A stretch of DNA of 64,000 bases from a virus (lineage: Duplodnaviria; Heunggongvirae; Uroviricota; Caudoviricetes), in IMG/VR virus record IMGVR_UViG_3300037087_000772, positions 1 to 64,000 of that record; one strand, given 5' to 3'. A model generated the notes under the pieces. The model saw only the letters and a list, made by a program, of their open reading frames with translations, was not told the DNA's origin and did not search any database. Below, one piece after another: positions 1 to 8,358 of the stretch; within the stretch, counting starts at the first letter, position 1, and each line of letters begins with the position of its first letter. The position numbers and the translations under genes are program-made.

Positions 1-414
1 ATTGTAATGGACATAACAATTGAACAACTTCAAAAAGATACCGAATTAACCCTTGAATTCATATATTCAGTAAGAATAGTTGAATCCTTATCTAAGGTAA
101 ATCTCAAAACTGATTGTGATAAACAAGAAGCTATAAAAATGTTGGAAAGAACATTTTTGGAATACAAAGAGAAACTGAATAAGTAAAACAATCTTTCTGT
201 TTTTTCCTATAATGATATTATGAGTGAAAGGGAATCAAATATTTCAATTCTTTATGATGGAAAATTTTTTGATAACGAAGAAGAATTTCAAAATTATACA
301 AGAAAAGAAAAATTAGATAATATTTTAAGATAATAAAGAACTCCCAGAAAATAAAGGTATTTGGGTAAATAATTCTATTGTTAGAATTACAAAAGTTCCA
401 GAATATGATATAAC

Positions 415-624
415 ATGACAGAAGAAGATAAAATAAACGATTCATTTCTTTTCACGAAGAAAAAGAAGTTTTTTATGGTATTTTATAAAGGGATTACATT
501 CACCGATGAAGAATCACTTTTAAATTTTGAAAGAAAAGAAAAGTTAGATAATATCTTGGATGATAAAGAATTGAAAGATGGATACCAATATAATTTTGAA
601 TTTCCAGATAATTTAGATTTATGA
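415..624 (+). CDS. small hypothetical protein ending in the conserved RKEKLDNILDD peptide; member of the small-paralogue family
   Basis: ORF track. The C-terminal peptide FERKEKLDNILDD is shared with ORFs at 1719..1937 and 29479..30985. A degenerate copy of the same ~60-nt segment lies at 258..330 (…YTRKEKLDNILR*). Confidence 0.35.
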   Translation: MTEEDKINDSFLFTKKKKFFMVFYKGITFTDEESLLNFERKEKLDNILDDKELKDGYQYNFEFPDNLDL

Positions 625-1709
625 TAGATGAATTATACATATCTAAATCGTTTTGTTGTATAGGTCGAAATACTAAGAATTGTTTGGGTTGTGCCTTTTG
701 TAGAGTATCCCAGAATAATACTGAATTCGAATATTCATGTCTACCATCCAAAATCAATAAAAATTTCATCAATCTACCCATTTCAATTAATTTATTTTAT
801 GGTGATCCATTGATTCAAAGAGACAAAACACTAAAGTATTTACATAAATTAGAAAAAGAAAATCATAAAGGTCCGGTTGTTATAATTACAAAGGGTGAAT
901 TATTAGATTTCGATTTACCGAATGATATCAATCTTGATTTACATTTGGCTTTTTCAACTTTTGGTATTGATCATGAGTTTGATAGATATTCAAACAAACG
1001 ATTATCATATAATTTACGAGTAGCAAATTTTAGAAAATATAAATATCATAAATCCATTGAATTTAGGCCAATTTGTTATGGAATAAACGATTCATTTGAA
1101 ACTATTAAAAATGTATTCAGTATTGCTAAAGATTTTAATATTGCAATTGGTTATTCTGGATTACAAGGTATTCCTGAGGTAGTAAAATATTGGGAAGAAA
1201 GCAATATAGATTTGAAACCATATCCCGGATTTAAATTTGGACATAAGAAATCAATTTCTAATGATGTTCAACAGATATTTGATGAGTTATCAGATTTATA
1301 CAATATTCCAATATTTAGAAAAACATCCTGTTTAATATCTTATACACACGATTTAGAAAGAGATTACAATGCTCATTATTATCGTCCCACTGAAATGAAT
1401 TGTGAAAAATGTGTGATGAAAGATAAATGTTTTGGTTTTAAAAATAATCAACCAACTGATATTAAACATTTGATTCCTTTTGATTTTGAAATTAAGATGA
1501 AAACTAATCATGAATGTATCTTAAAGAAAAAAGGTATATGTGAATTTCCATCGGATGATTGTTCAAGAATTTCAGGAAATATTTTAGTTATCAAGGAAAA
1601 ATTGACAACTGCGGATGTCAGAGTTATTAAATGGTTAACAGGATTTACAGTGGATGCTGATTTTTATGAAAGTTCATTATTGAATGATAAATGGAGAATG
1701 AAAAAATAA
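621..1709 (+). CDS. hypothetical protein with an N-terminal Cys cluster (CC-x7-C-x2-C-x2-C); possible Fe-S or Zn protein
   Basis: 362-aa ORF. Cys cluster CCIGRNTKNCLGCAFC near the N-terminus and a second cluster CEKCVMKDKC. Not a canonical CxxxCxxC radical-SAM motif. Confidence 0.45.
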   Translation: MIDELYISKSFCCIGRNTKNCLGCAFCRVSQNNTEFEYSCLPSKINKNFINLPISINLFYGDPLIQRDKTLKYLHKLEKENHKGPVVIITKGELLDFDLPNDINLDLHLAFSTFGIDHEFDRYSNKRLSYNLRVANFRKYKYHKSIEFRPICYGINDSFETIKNVFSIAKDFNIAIGYSGLQGIPEVVKYWEESNIDLKPYPGFKFGHKKSISNDVQQIFDELSDLYNIPIFRKTSCLISYTHDLERDYNAHYYRPTEMNCEKCVMKDKCFGFKNNQPTDIKHLIPFDFEIKMKTNHECILKKKGICEFPSDDCSRISGNILVIKEKLTTADVRVIKWLTGFTVDADFYESSLLNDKWRMKK

Positions 1710-1718
1710 AATAGAAAT

Positions 1719-1937
1719 ATGAAAGAAGAAATAGAAAATTCGATTGAAAAAGAATGGGAAGAAATAACTCGAATCAGAGAAGAAAAAATAGTTCATCCTG
1801 ACGGTACATGCAGTGGTAGTATTGGTTATGGTGGTGTAACTGGTAGTGATGGAAAAGAAATGAAGATTGAAGATTTCGTTAATCATAAAAGGTCAGAAAG
1901 ACTTGATGAAATATTAGATACAGAAAAAGATGATTGA
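1719..1937 (+). CDS. small hypothetical protein, family member with C-terminal RSERLDEILD peptide
   Basis: 72-aa ORF overlapping the next ORF start. C-terminus HKRSERLDEILDTEKDD matches the family motif. Confidence 0.35.
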   Translation: MKEEIENSIEKEWEEITRIREEKIVHPDGTCSGSIGYGGVTGSDGKEMKIEDFVNHKRSERLDEILDTEKDD

Positions 1938-2154
1938 AAAATGCGATGAATTAACTGGTGTATTTAATATTCCAATATATAAAGATCAATATGCTGAGAA
2001 GAATACTTTTCTCATTGGTAGACAAACTGGAGGTAAAGCCAATTTTATAGTAATGAACTCTGAAACTTGTGACCAAATGGTTGAGTTATGGAACGAACAG
2101 TTTATTAATGATGAAAGATTTAAAAAATTAAAAGAAATTTTAGAAGAATTATGA
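1930..2154 (+). CDS. small hypothetical protein
   Basis: 74-aa ORF; its start overlaps the previous stop (ATGA coupling). Confidence 0.3.
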   Translation: MIEKCDELTGVFNIPIYKDQYAEKNTFLIGRQTGGKANFIVMNSETCDQMVELWNEQFINDERFKKLKEILEEL

Positions 2155-2468
2155 CAACACAAATAAATCAAACACGAGAAGAACATTTAAAGATTATCGA
2201 AAAAAATAACAATGTAAAGGGGGTCGGTGTACTTCTTTTCGATAATTCATTTACTATTGATGATAAATATTTACATAAACAAATTGAAGGTCAATCTTTT
2301 ACTAAGTATATCATTCCAGATATTAACTATCAAGATATTATTGATATGGGTGAAAAATCAATCTGTTTTAAATTCATTCCATATAATGTAACAATAAAAA
2401 TAGGTGGTGTTGAATATGAATTTAATTCATATAATGATATTCCGAAAGATCAATGGTTTTGTAGATAA
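2151..2468 (+). CDS. hypothetical protein
   Basis: 105-aa ORF overlapping the previous stop. Confidence 0.35.
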   Translation: MTTQINQTREEHLKIIEKNNNVKGVGVLLFDNSFTIDDKYLHKQIEGQSFTKYIIPDINYQDIIDMGEKSICFKFIPYNVTIKIGGVEYEFNSYNDIPKDQWFCR

Positions 2469-2488
2469 TTTTTTAATTCAAAAAAATT

Positions 2489-2512
2489 TGTTAACTTCGT
2501 AAGTTAACCTAA
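2489..2512 (+). promoter_or_regulatory. inverted repeat GTTAACTTcgtAAGTTAAC plus TATAAAT box upstream of pth2
   Basis: TTGTTAACTTCGTAAGTTAACC then TAAATATAAAT; shares AACTTCGTAA…TAAATATAAAT with 13247..13270. Confidence 0.3.
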
Positions 2513-2524
2513 ATATAAATTTTT

Positions 2525-2941
2525 ATGGAAAAACCGAAACAAGTAATTGTTATGAGGAAAGACCTCAATATGAGAAAAGGTAAAATGGTATCTCAGGGCG
2601 CTCATGCCTCTTTTAAAGCCTTTTTGGATTTATGTGAAAAAGAAAACAGAATAAATTTGGAAACTGGTGAATGGAAGATGATTATCTTTCGATATAGAGG
2701 GGATGGTCCTTGGGATCAATGGTTGAATGGTATATTCACAAAAGTTGTTGTTAGTTGTGATAGTGAATCAGAATTACTTGATTTATATCAAAAATCCAAA
2801 GATAAAGGATTACCTTGTTCTTTGATTACGGACTCTGGTCTGACCGAATTTGATGGTGTTCCAACGAATACTTGTATTGCAATAGGGCCATCTTATCCAG
2901 AAACAATAGATGAAATAACAGGACATTTGAAATTATTATGA
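2525..2941 (+). CDS. pth2: peptidyl-tRNA hydrolase, PTH2 family
   Basis: 138 aa. Motifs KxVxVMRKDLNMxKGKMxSQGAHAS, LITDSGLTEFDGVPTNTCIAIGP and the C-terminal ITGHLKLL are characteristic of the PTH2 (archaeal/eukaryotic-type) family. Confidence 0.7.
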   Translation: MEKPKQVIVMRKDLNMRKGKMVSQGAHASFKAFLDLCEKENRINLETGEWKMIIFRYRGDGPWDQWLNGIFTKVVVSCDSESELLDLYQKSKDKGLPCSLITDSGLTEFDGVPTNTCIAIGPSYPETIDEITGHLKLL

Positions 2942-3321
2942 AAAACATCGAAGTTGATTTAAAATTCTATGCCGTCAGAAGTAAAGACGGAAAATGGCTG
3001 AGGACTAAGGGATATAGTGGTAGTGGAGATAGTTGGGTAGATGATATAAAGAAAGCTAAGATATATCCAAGGATAGGCCCTGCAAGAAGTCAAGTTACTT
3101 GGTGGTCGAATAATTATCCTGATTATGGTATTCCAGAACTGATAGAATTACATTGTACCAATGGTATCATTCTGGAAGAAAAGGAAAGGGTTCAAAAGGC
3201 CATTGAAAAAAAGAAACAGGATATAATCAATGCCGAGATAAGTCATAGAGAATGGGAAATAGAACAAGCCCAAAACCAATTGAAAAAAGCTCAGAAAAAA
3301 TTGAAGGAATTGAAAAAATGA
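2938..3321 (+). CDS. hypothetical protein with C-terminal coiled coil
   Basis: 127-aa ORF; KAIEKKKQDIINAEISHREWEIEQAQNQLKKAQKKLKELKK. Confidence 0.4.
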   Translation: MKNIEVDLKFYAVRSKDGKWLRTKGYSGSGDSWVDDIKKAKIYPRIGPARSQVTWWSNNYPDYGIPELIELHCTNGIILEEKERVQKAIEKKKQDIINAEISHREWEIEQAQNQLKKAQKKLKELKK

Positions 3322-3776
3322 TACGAAAATCGGGGAAAAATATAACCACAACCGAAAGTGAAGAAGAATTAGAATTAAATCAATTTATCAATAACTTTCT
3401 TTCAAGGGATATACCATTCAAAGATAAAATTTTGGATTCTTTTCTGAGTGATAAATTAGATCCCCAGAGTAAAATTATAATTCGAGGATATGATAAGAAA
3501 AATGATAGAATTTTACATGAACAATCGGATAATATCGGTGAAGTAGAAACATCGAGTAAATTTTTAGGATGTCGTTTCAGAAAAGTAAAATTACAAATTA
3601 GATTAGAAACAATCGATGATATCAATAATCTAATTAAATTTTTAGAATATATAAGGCCGTGTTTAGGTGAGGATTCAGATGAACAGAATATCAATGAAAA
3701 CAGAAAAAGAACACTAAAAAAGATATTAAATGAACCAGATAACTTTCCAAAAATTAATTGGAACGGGGGATATTGA
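3252..3776 (+). CDS. hypothetical protein
   Basis: 174-aa ORF; its start overlaps the upstream gene (true start may be internal). Confidence 0.35.
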   Translation: MGNRTSPKPIEKSSEKIEGIEKMIRKSGKNITTTESEEELELNQFINNFLSRDIPFKDKILDSFLSDKLDPQSKIIIRGYDKKNDRILHEQSDNIGEVETSSKFLGCRFRKVKLQIRLETIDDINNLIKFLEYIRPCLGEDSDEQNINENRKRTLKKILNEPDNFPKINWNGGY

Positions 3777-4653
3777 TTATTTTTTAGAATGATGATTGTG
3801 TGGTTCAACATGAATAGTCACATCAGTAAAGGGTTGAACCTTTTTTATTTTTTCTTCTAAATCATCAGATATTTCATGTGCCTCAACCAATGTAATACAT
3901 CCAACATGAATGGTGACATCAACATAGTAGATATGTCCAGATTGTCTTATTTTAAATCCATGATAACATTTAATATCATCTCCATAATTCTTTATGACAT
4001 CTTCAATATCTTTAGCTACATCAAAGGGTACTTTATCAAGTAAAGAATCTACGGCTTTTCTTCCAAGTCGGTATGATACATGAATAACAATCAATGCGAC
4101 AAACAAAGCGGCAACGGAGTCAGCATAGAACAACCATCTCATACCAACCAACTTACCTATCGTCACACATATCAAACCGAAAAGAACAACCGATGAACTC
4201 CATATGTCTGTTGAAAAATGAATGGCGTCGGCTTCCAATGCTGGACTGTTGTATTTTTTAGCTGTCCTATGAAGTTTACGGGATCTCCAAAGATGTTATG
4301 ACGATGATATAACTGAATACACTTATCTTTATATCAACATTTCCATTGATTAATCGGTGAATAGATTCCCAACAAATCCAGAAACAGGTTATAAACAGAA
4401 GGAATGTTTCAATTAGGGCTGAAAAATTTTCAATCTTACCATGTCCATAATGATGATCCTTATCGGCCTCTTTAACTGACGCCTTGACAGCATATAAGGT
4501 AATCAAAGCGGCGACTAAATCCAATCCCGAATGGAGTGCCTCGGATAAAATACCCAAACTGTTTGTCCAAGTTCCTATCCCCAATTTAAATGTGGTTAGA
4601 AAAATGGCCGCAAATACAGAAATGAGAGCTACTTTTCGTTTCTCGTGTTTCAT
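3777..4653 (-). pseudogene. cation diffusion facilitator (CDF/CzcD-like) metal efflux transporter split into two ORFs by a frameshift
   Basis: ORF 4276..4653(-) encodes the TM1-4 part of a CDF protein (HSGLDLVAALITL…HHYGHGKIE). ORF 3777..4238(-) encodes TM5-6 plus the cytoplasmic C-terminal domain (FYADSVAALFVALIV…HVEPH). Together they make one CDF protein interrupted around 4238..4276. Confidence 0.5.
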
Positions 4654-4961
4654 TTCTTTCTCTTTTTTATGGGAGTGGCTGGCTTCCTGAATTCTCTTTT
4701 CTGATATCTACTTTTTCTACTATCAGTAAAAAAATTATAATCAGAAATGTTTATTACTGGTAAAGGTGGAAGTGATCTTAATTCCATGATTGGTTCATTA
4801 CTGATAACCAGATCTCCGACTATTCCTTTTTCTTTTAATTCATTTAAATTTTCAACATGGATAATTTCGATTTCGGCACCATCCAACTTTCCAACGATTT
4901 CAAGAGTACGGAGTTGTGCACTACCAATTGGTCCGATTCCGATTACTATAATATTATCCAT
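4650..4961 (-). CDS. hypothetical protein with N-terminal Rossmann dinucleotide-binding motif (TrkA-N-like?)
   Basis: 103 aa; IVIGIGPIGSAQ is a GxGxxG motif; ends in a basic tail. Confidence 0.3.
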   Translation of the reverse strand: MDNIIVIGIGPIGSAQLRTLEIVGKLDGAEIEIIHVENLNELKEKGIVGDLVISNEPIMELRSLPPLPVINISDYNFFTDSRKSRYQKREFRKPATPIKKRKK

Positions 4962-5350
4962 TATTTAAGGATTTCGAGATCTTTATCTGTTGGTTTGTTC
5001 GATACCATATACAAAATGGGAATCACTTTGAGAAAGTATATTGTGGTTTCTTTTGAAAAAGATTCGATTTTATCCAATGAACCATCGACAAGCTTGAATT
5101 TACTTTCGTAATTGGTTACTGTATGGAACAGGGATAACAGGGGTTTGAAAAGGAATTGAAGTGTAATCTGACAACGAATTTTAAACCTCATTAATGGTTT
5201 GAAATTTATTAATACAAAATCAGACTTCATTTTCTGGTTAAACTCCTTATAGAGTTTGAAATACATCGGATAACCACCATTCCTGTTGGTCTGTTTATTC
5301 CGAATCTCTTTTTCAATGATTTCTCTTTTATAAATTCCGGGAAGTTCCAT
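4961..5350 (-). CDS. hypothetical protein
   Basis: 129-aa ORF contiguous with 4650..4961. Confidence 0.3.
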   Translation of the reverse strand: MELPGIYKREIIEKEIRNKQTNRNGGYPMYFKLYKEFNQKMKSDFVLINFKPLMRFKIRCQITLQFLFKPLLSLFHTVTNYESKFKLVDGSLDKIESFSKETTIYFLKVIPILYMVSNKPTDKDLEILK

Positions 5351-5440
5351 TGTTTTTGATTTTTATGACTACAAAATTACGGCTTTTTTGTGAAATAAAA
5401 AAATTTCAACAAACATAAATTGATAAAATATATAAAAATA

Positions 5441-6157
5441 ATGAAAACGGCTCTACTTATATGTGGCAAATGTCCAGATAATTACAAATATTTTTACGAT
5501 TCGATATACAAAACACTCATAGAACCATTTTGTCCGGATGTGTTTATATCAACTTGGATCGAGAAAGATATTTCCGTATCTGATATTTTGAATTTATATA
5601 AACCAATCAACAGTAAATTCGAGAACTTCACAGATATGAAAGAACAATTGAATGATTTTTCAAATTTTTTAAATGATAATCAAATAAAAGATATTCTTCC
5701 GAGTATGTTTCCCATGTTTTATAAATTACACAATGTCAATAGATTAAGATTGGAATATCAAAAAAGAAGTGGGATTAAGTATGATCTGGTTATCAGAACC
5801 AGATTTGATTTAAACTTTGGAGAAAAAATGGAGTGTAGTATTATCCAACCTTATGTGTTTAATTCTATTGATGAAACGGAAATAAAAGATTCTATTCAGA
5901 ATAATGCTTTATATCTTAGATTAGATCCTTTTGTTGGGAATAGGGTGATAAATGATTGGATTTGGGATCAATTCGCCTTCGGAAATGAAAACAACATGGA
6001 TATATATTGTAATACATTCTTGAACCTGAAAAATATCTTATTGTCGAAAAGGGAGAATGTGAATATTAATGAGAAGGTATTATTTTATAATTTAAAAGAT
6101 AATAATGTGTTATTAAAACAAACTCACACCTCTTACAGAATATCGAATTATGTTTAG
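5441..6157 (+). CDS. hypothetical protein
   Basis: ORF track gives 5420 (TTG start); the first ATG is at 5441 (MKTALLICGK…). A promoter-like AATATATAAAAATA lies just upstream. Confidence 0.4.
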   Translation: MKTALLICGKCPDNYKYFYDSIYKTLIEPFCPDVFISTWIEKDISVSDILNLYKPINSKFENFTDMKEQLNDFSNFLNDNQIKDILPSMFPMFYKLHNVNRLRLEYQKRSGIKYDLVIRTRFDLNFGEKMECSIIQPYVFNSIDETEIKDSIQNNALYLRLDPFVGNRVINDWIWDQFAFGNENNMDIYCNTFLNLKNILLSKRENVNINEKVLFYNLKDNNVLLKQTHTSYRISNYV

Positions 6158-7053
6158 TGGTATAGATTGTTCCTTAAAATATAATCAAAAACATTGACAT
6201 CTAATTTTTCCAATAATTGATTTTTCTTCTTTTCGGTTGGTGTTTTCCAATAGCTTTTCATCATCTTCCTTAATTCGGTTGATGATGCTTCGATAATACC
6301 CGTTTTTTCCTTATTTAAGAAGATATGAGGGGGTTTCAGATACCAATCAATGTTCCCCATCCTTTCGACCCCTTTTCGTGGTATAATGACAAATCTCATC
6401 ATTCTTTCAAGTTCCTGATAATTTACCCATGTATCGAATGTATTGGCGTTATCCTGACCGATAATCATAGAAAAATTATACATCTCTGTAAGATTGGTTT
6501 CTTCCTTTAACCTTTTAACAAAATAGAAGGTTTCCCCGAAAAATTTATTTCTGATTTCATAATCGAACACTTTGATTCGTTTGTCAACCTCAGCGGCTAT
6601 TCGAGCCATCTCCAAACGATGTTCGGCCGGTGCCATACTTTTATTATACATATGATGAAAACATGGTAAAATCCATACTTCATCGAATTCATTACTGGTA
6701 TCCAAAACGAATTTAGCTGTTTGAATATGACCATCGTGGATCATATCAAAAGCTCCACCGTAAAGAGCCACTTTTATTTTCCTACCAAGTGTCTTATATT
6801 GTTCCCTTCTACGGTTTATTTTTATGAGAGTATCTTTAACTAAATCTTCAAAATTCCATCCTGATTCCTCAGCCAACATGATTAAAGAAGCCATCAAGTC
6901 ACCTGTTTCTTCCTTGATGTTCTTTATATCATTCCATTTCATCAGTTCAAAGAATTCATTTGTAATATCTTTTAAACGCTCAGAAAATGGTGTGTAACCG
7001 AAATTTTCTTTGAATGTATCAGCAGTTTGTTTTTGTAGTTTCTTTGTGTCCAT
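6154..7053 (-). CDS. bifunctional MazG-like NTP pyrophosphohydrolase / nicotinate(nicotinamide) mononucleotide adenylyltransferase (NadD/NMNAT) fusion
   Basis: N-terminal MazG/HisE-like motif EETGDLMASLIMLAEESGWNFEDL. C-terminal NadD motifs ALYGGAFDMIHDGH ((H/T)xGH nucleotidyltransferase motif) and IIEASSTELR (ISST-R motif). Confidence 0.7.
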   Translation of the reverse strand: MDTKKLQKQTADTFKENFGYTPFSERLKDITNEFFELMKWNDIKNIKEETGDLMASLIMLAEESGWNFEDLVKDTLIKINRRREQYKTLGRKIKVALYGGAFDMIHDGHIQTAKFVLDTSNEFDEVWILPCFHHMYNKSMAPAEHRLEMARIAAEVDKRIKVFDYEIRNKFFGETFYFVKRLKEETNLTEMYNFSMIIGQDNANTFDTWVNYQELERMMRFVIIPRKGVERMGNIDWYLKPPHIFLNKEKTGIIEASSTELRKMMKSYWKTPTEKKKNQLLEKLDVNVFDYILRNNLYH

Positions 7054-7103
7054 TGATAGGATTTTTACACTACAAAATTAATACTTTTTCGGGAATAAAA
7101 AAA

Positions 7104-7406
7104 TTAAAATTCTTTGGTTTGTTCGAATTGATCCAATAATAAAGAAAATCTCTGTATAAGTTTCTCTTTATCAGATAGTTTCAATTCACCTAACGCGATA
7201 AAAATCTGATGTACTAATTCATGATAAAATGTTTGTCTTTGATAATCTTCAGAACATTTTGAATTTTTTACTGTTTTTGATATTTGAATAATACACTCAA
7301 ATGGATCAGACGATCCACCAGCTGGTTTTACCTTCTCTTTTGTTTCGACTTTAAATTTTAGTCCACCTAAGGTAAAAGATTTGGGAATCCTATTTTTATT
7401 TTTCAT
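7104..7406 (-). CDS. small hypothetical protein with HExxH motif
   Basis: 100 aa; FYHELVHQIF contains HELVH. Confidence 0.3.
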   Translation of the reverse strand: MKNKNRIPKSFTLGGLKFKVETKEKVKPAGGSSDPFECIIQISKTVKNSKCSEDYQRQTFYHELVHQIFIALGELKLSDKEKLIQRFSLLLDQFEQTKEF

Positions 7407-8224
7407 AAATTAATATTTCTTTTCTTTTCTTTATCTTTCTTTATTAATTTGGACAGATTGGAATCAGGATCTTTTAATATATCATCCAGAATACCTTTCA
7501 TATAATCATTTTCTTTTCTCATTTTTTCAGTGTAAACTTTTTCACCATCTTTTTCCATTTCTTCTAATCGTCTAATGTCTGTTAAATCTTCTTGTACATT
7601 TAATATTTTATGATAAAAAATCTGACATTTCGTATGATATAATTGTCTTTCCCAACTAATTTCAGGTTTTCTCTCTTGATTACATAGTCTACTCCAATCA
7701 CGACTTTCTTTTTGAACTTCCTCACATTTTTTTATCCACTCCATATTCAGTTTAGAAGCTGAATCATATATTTTTTCCAAGAAGTCCTGATCAAATTGAA
7801 ATTTCATAGCTACTGGTTTCAGGAATTGACCTTTCTTATAAGGTCTTTGAGAATGTACCCCTCTTTTAATATCGAAATAGTTCATTAAACTGAAATCGAA
7901 TTCTTTATCATATATCTTTGGATTTTTATATTTTCTTTCATTATACATTACATGAAATACCAGATAATTTTCATGCCAATATGGATTATCATGAAGATAA
8001 AAATAATTACATATTACATCTTTCCCACTTCTTTTACCAACTACAATTGGGATTTCAAAAAAGATATTGTGGCTACCTTCAACATTTGATTTTTCAGATA
8101 TTCTTTTTAATTTATTTATCAAATCGATTTCTTTATTAGATATTCCTTCTATCTCTAATTCTGTTCCTAATCTATCAGAATCAACATTTTCCGTTATGAA
8201 CTCTTTGTAATTTTTTATTCTCAT
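7403..8224 (-). CDS. hypothetical protein
   Basis: 273-aa ORF; promoter-like TTAATATATA at 8252..8261 upstream. Confidence 0.45.
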   Translation of the reverse strand: MRIKNYKEFITENVDSDRLGTELEIEGISNKEIDLINKLKRISEKSNVEGSHNIFFEIPIVVGKRSGKDVICNYFYLHDNPYWHENYLVFHVMYNERKYKNPKIYDKEFDFSLMNYFDIKRGVHSQRPYKKGQFLKPVAMKFQFDQDFLEKIYDSASKLNMEWIKKCEEVQKESRDWSRLCNQERKPEISWERQLYHTKCQIFYHKILNVQEDLTDIRRLEEMEKDGEKVYTEKMRKENDYMKGILDDILKDPDSNLSKLIKKDKEKKRNINL

Positions 8225-8358
8225 AATATTGATATATTATTTTCTATTATGTATATATTAAAACAATTTTTAAAACTTTTTTCGGCTTCCGATGATATAA
8301 TATTCAACCAGTAAGCCGAAAATGGTGAAAAGAGTAGGCAATTTTAATACACAAATTA

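Noticed and set aside
621-1709. Calling the 362-aa Cys-cluster protein a radical-SAM enzyme.
   Set aside because: The cluster is C-x2-C-x2-C (NCLGCAFC), not the canonical CxxxCxxC, and no GGE or SAM-binding motifs were recognised. It is left as a Cys-cluster hypothetical protein.
8283-8330. Hairpin CGGCTT…AAGCCG in the gap upstream of 7403..8224.
   Set aside because: Only a 6-bp stem with a 24-nt loop, and no T-run on the relevant strand. Not convincing as a terminator or a structured RNA.
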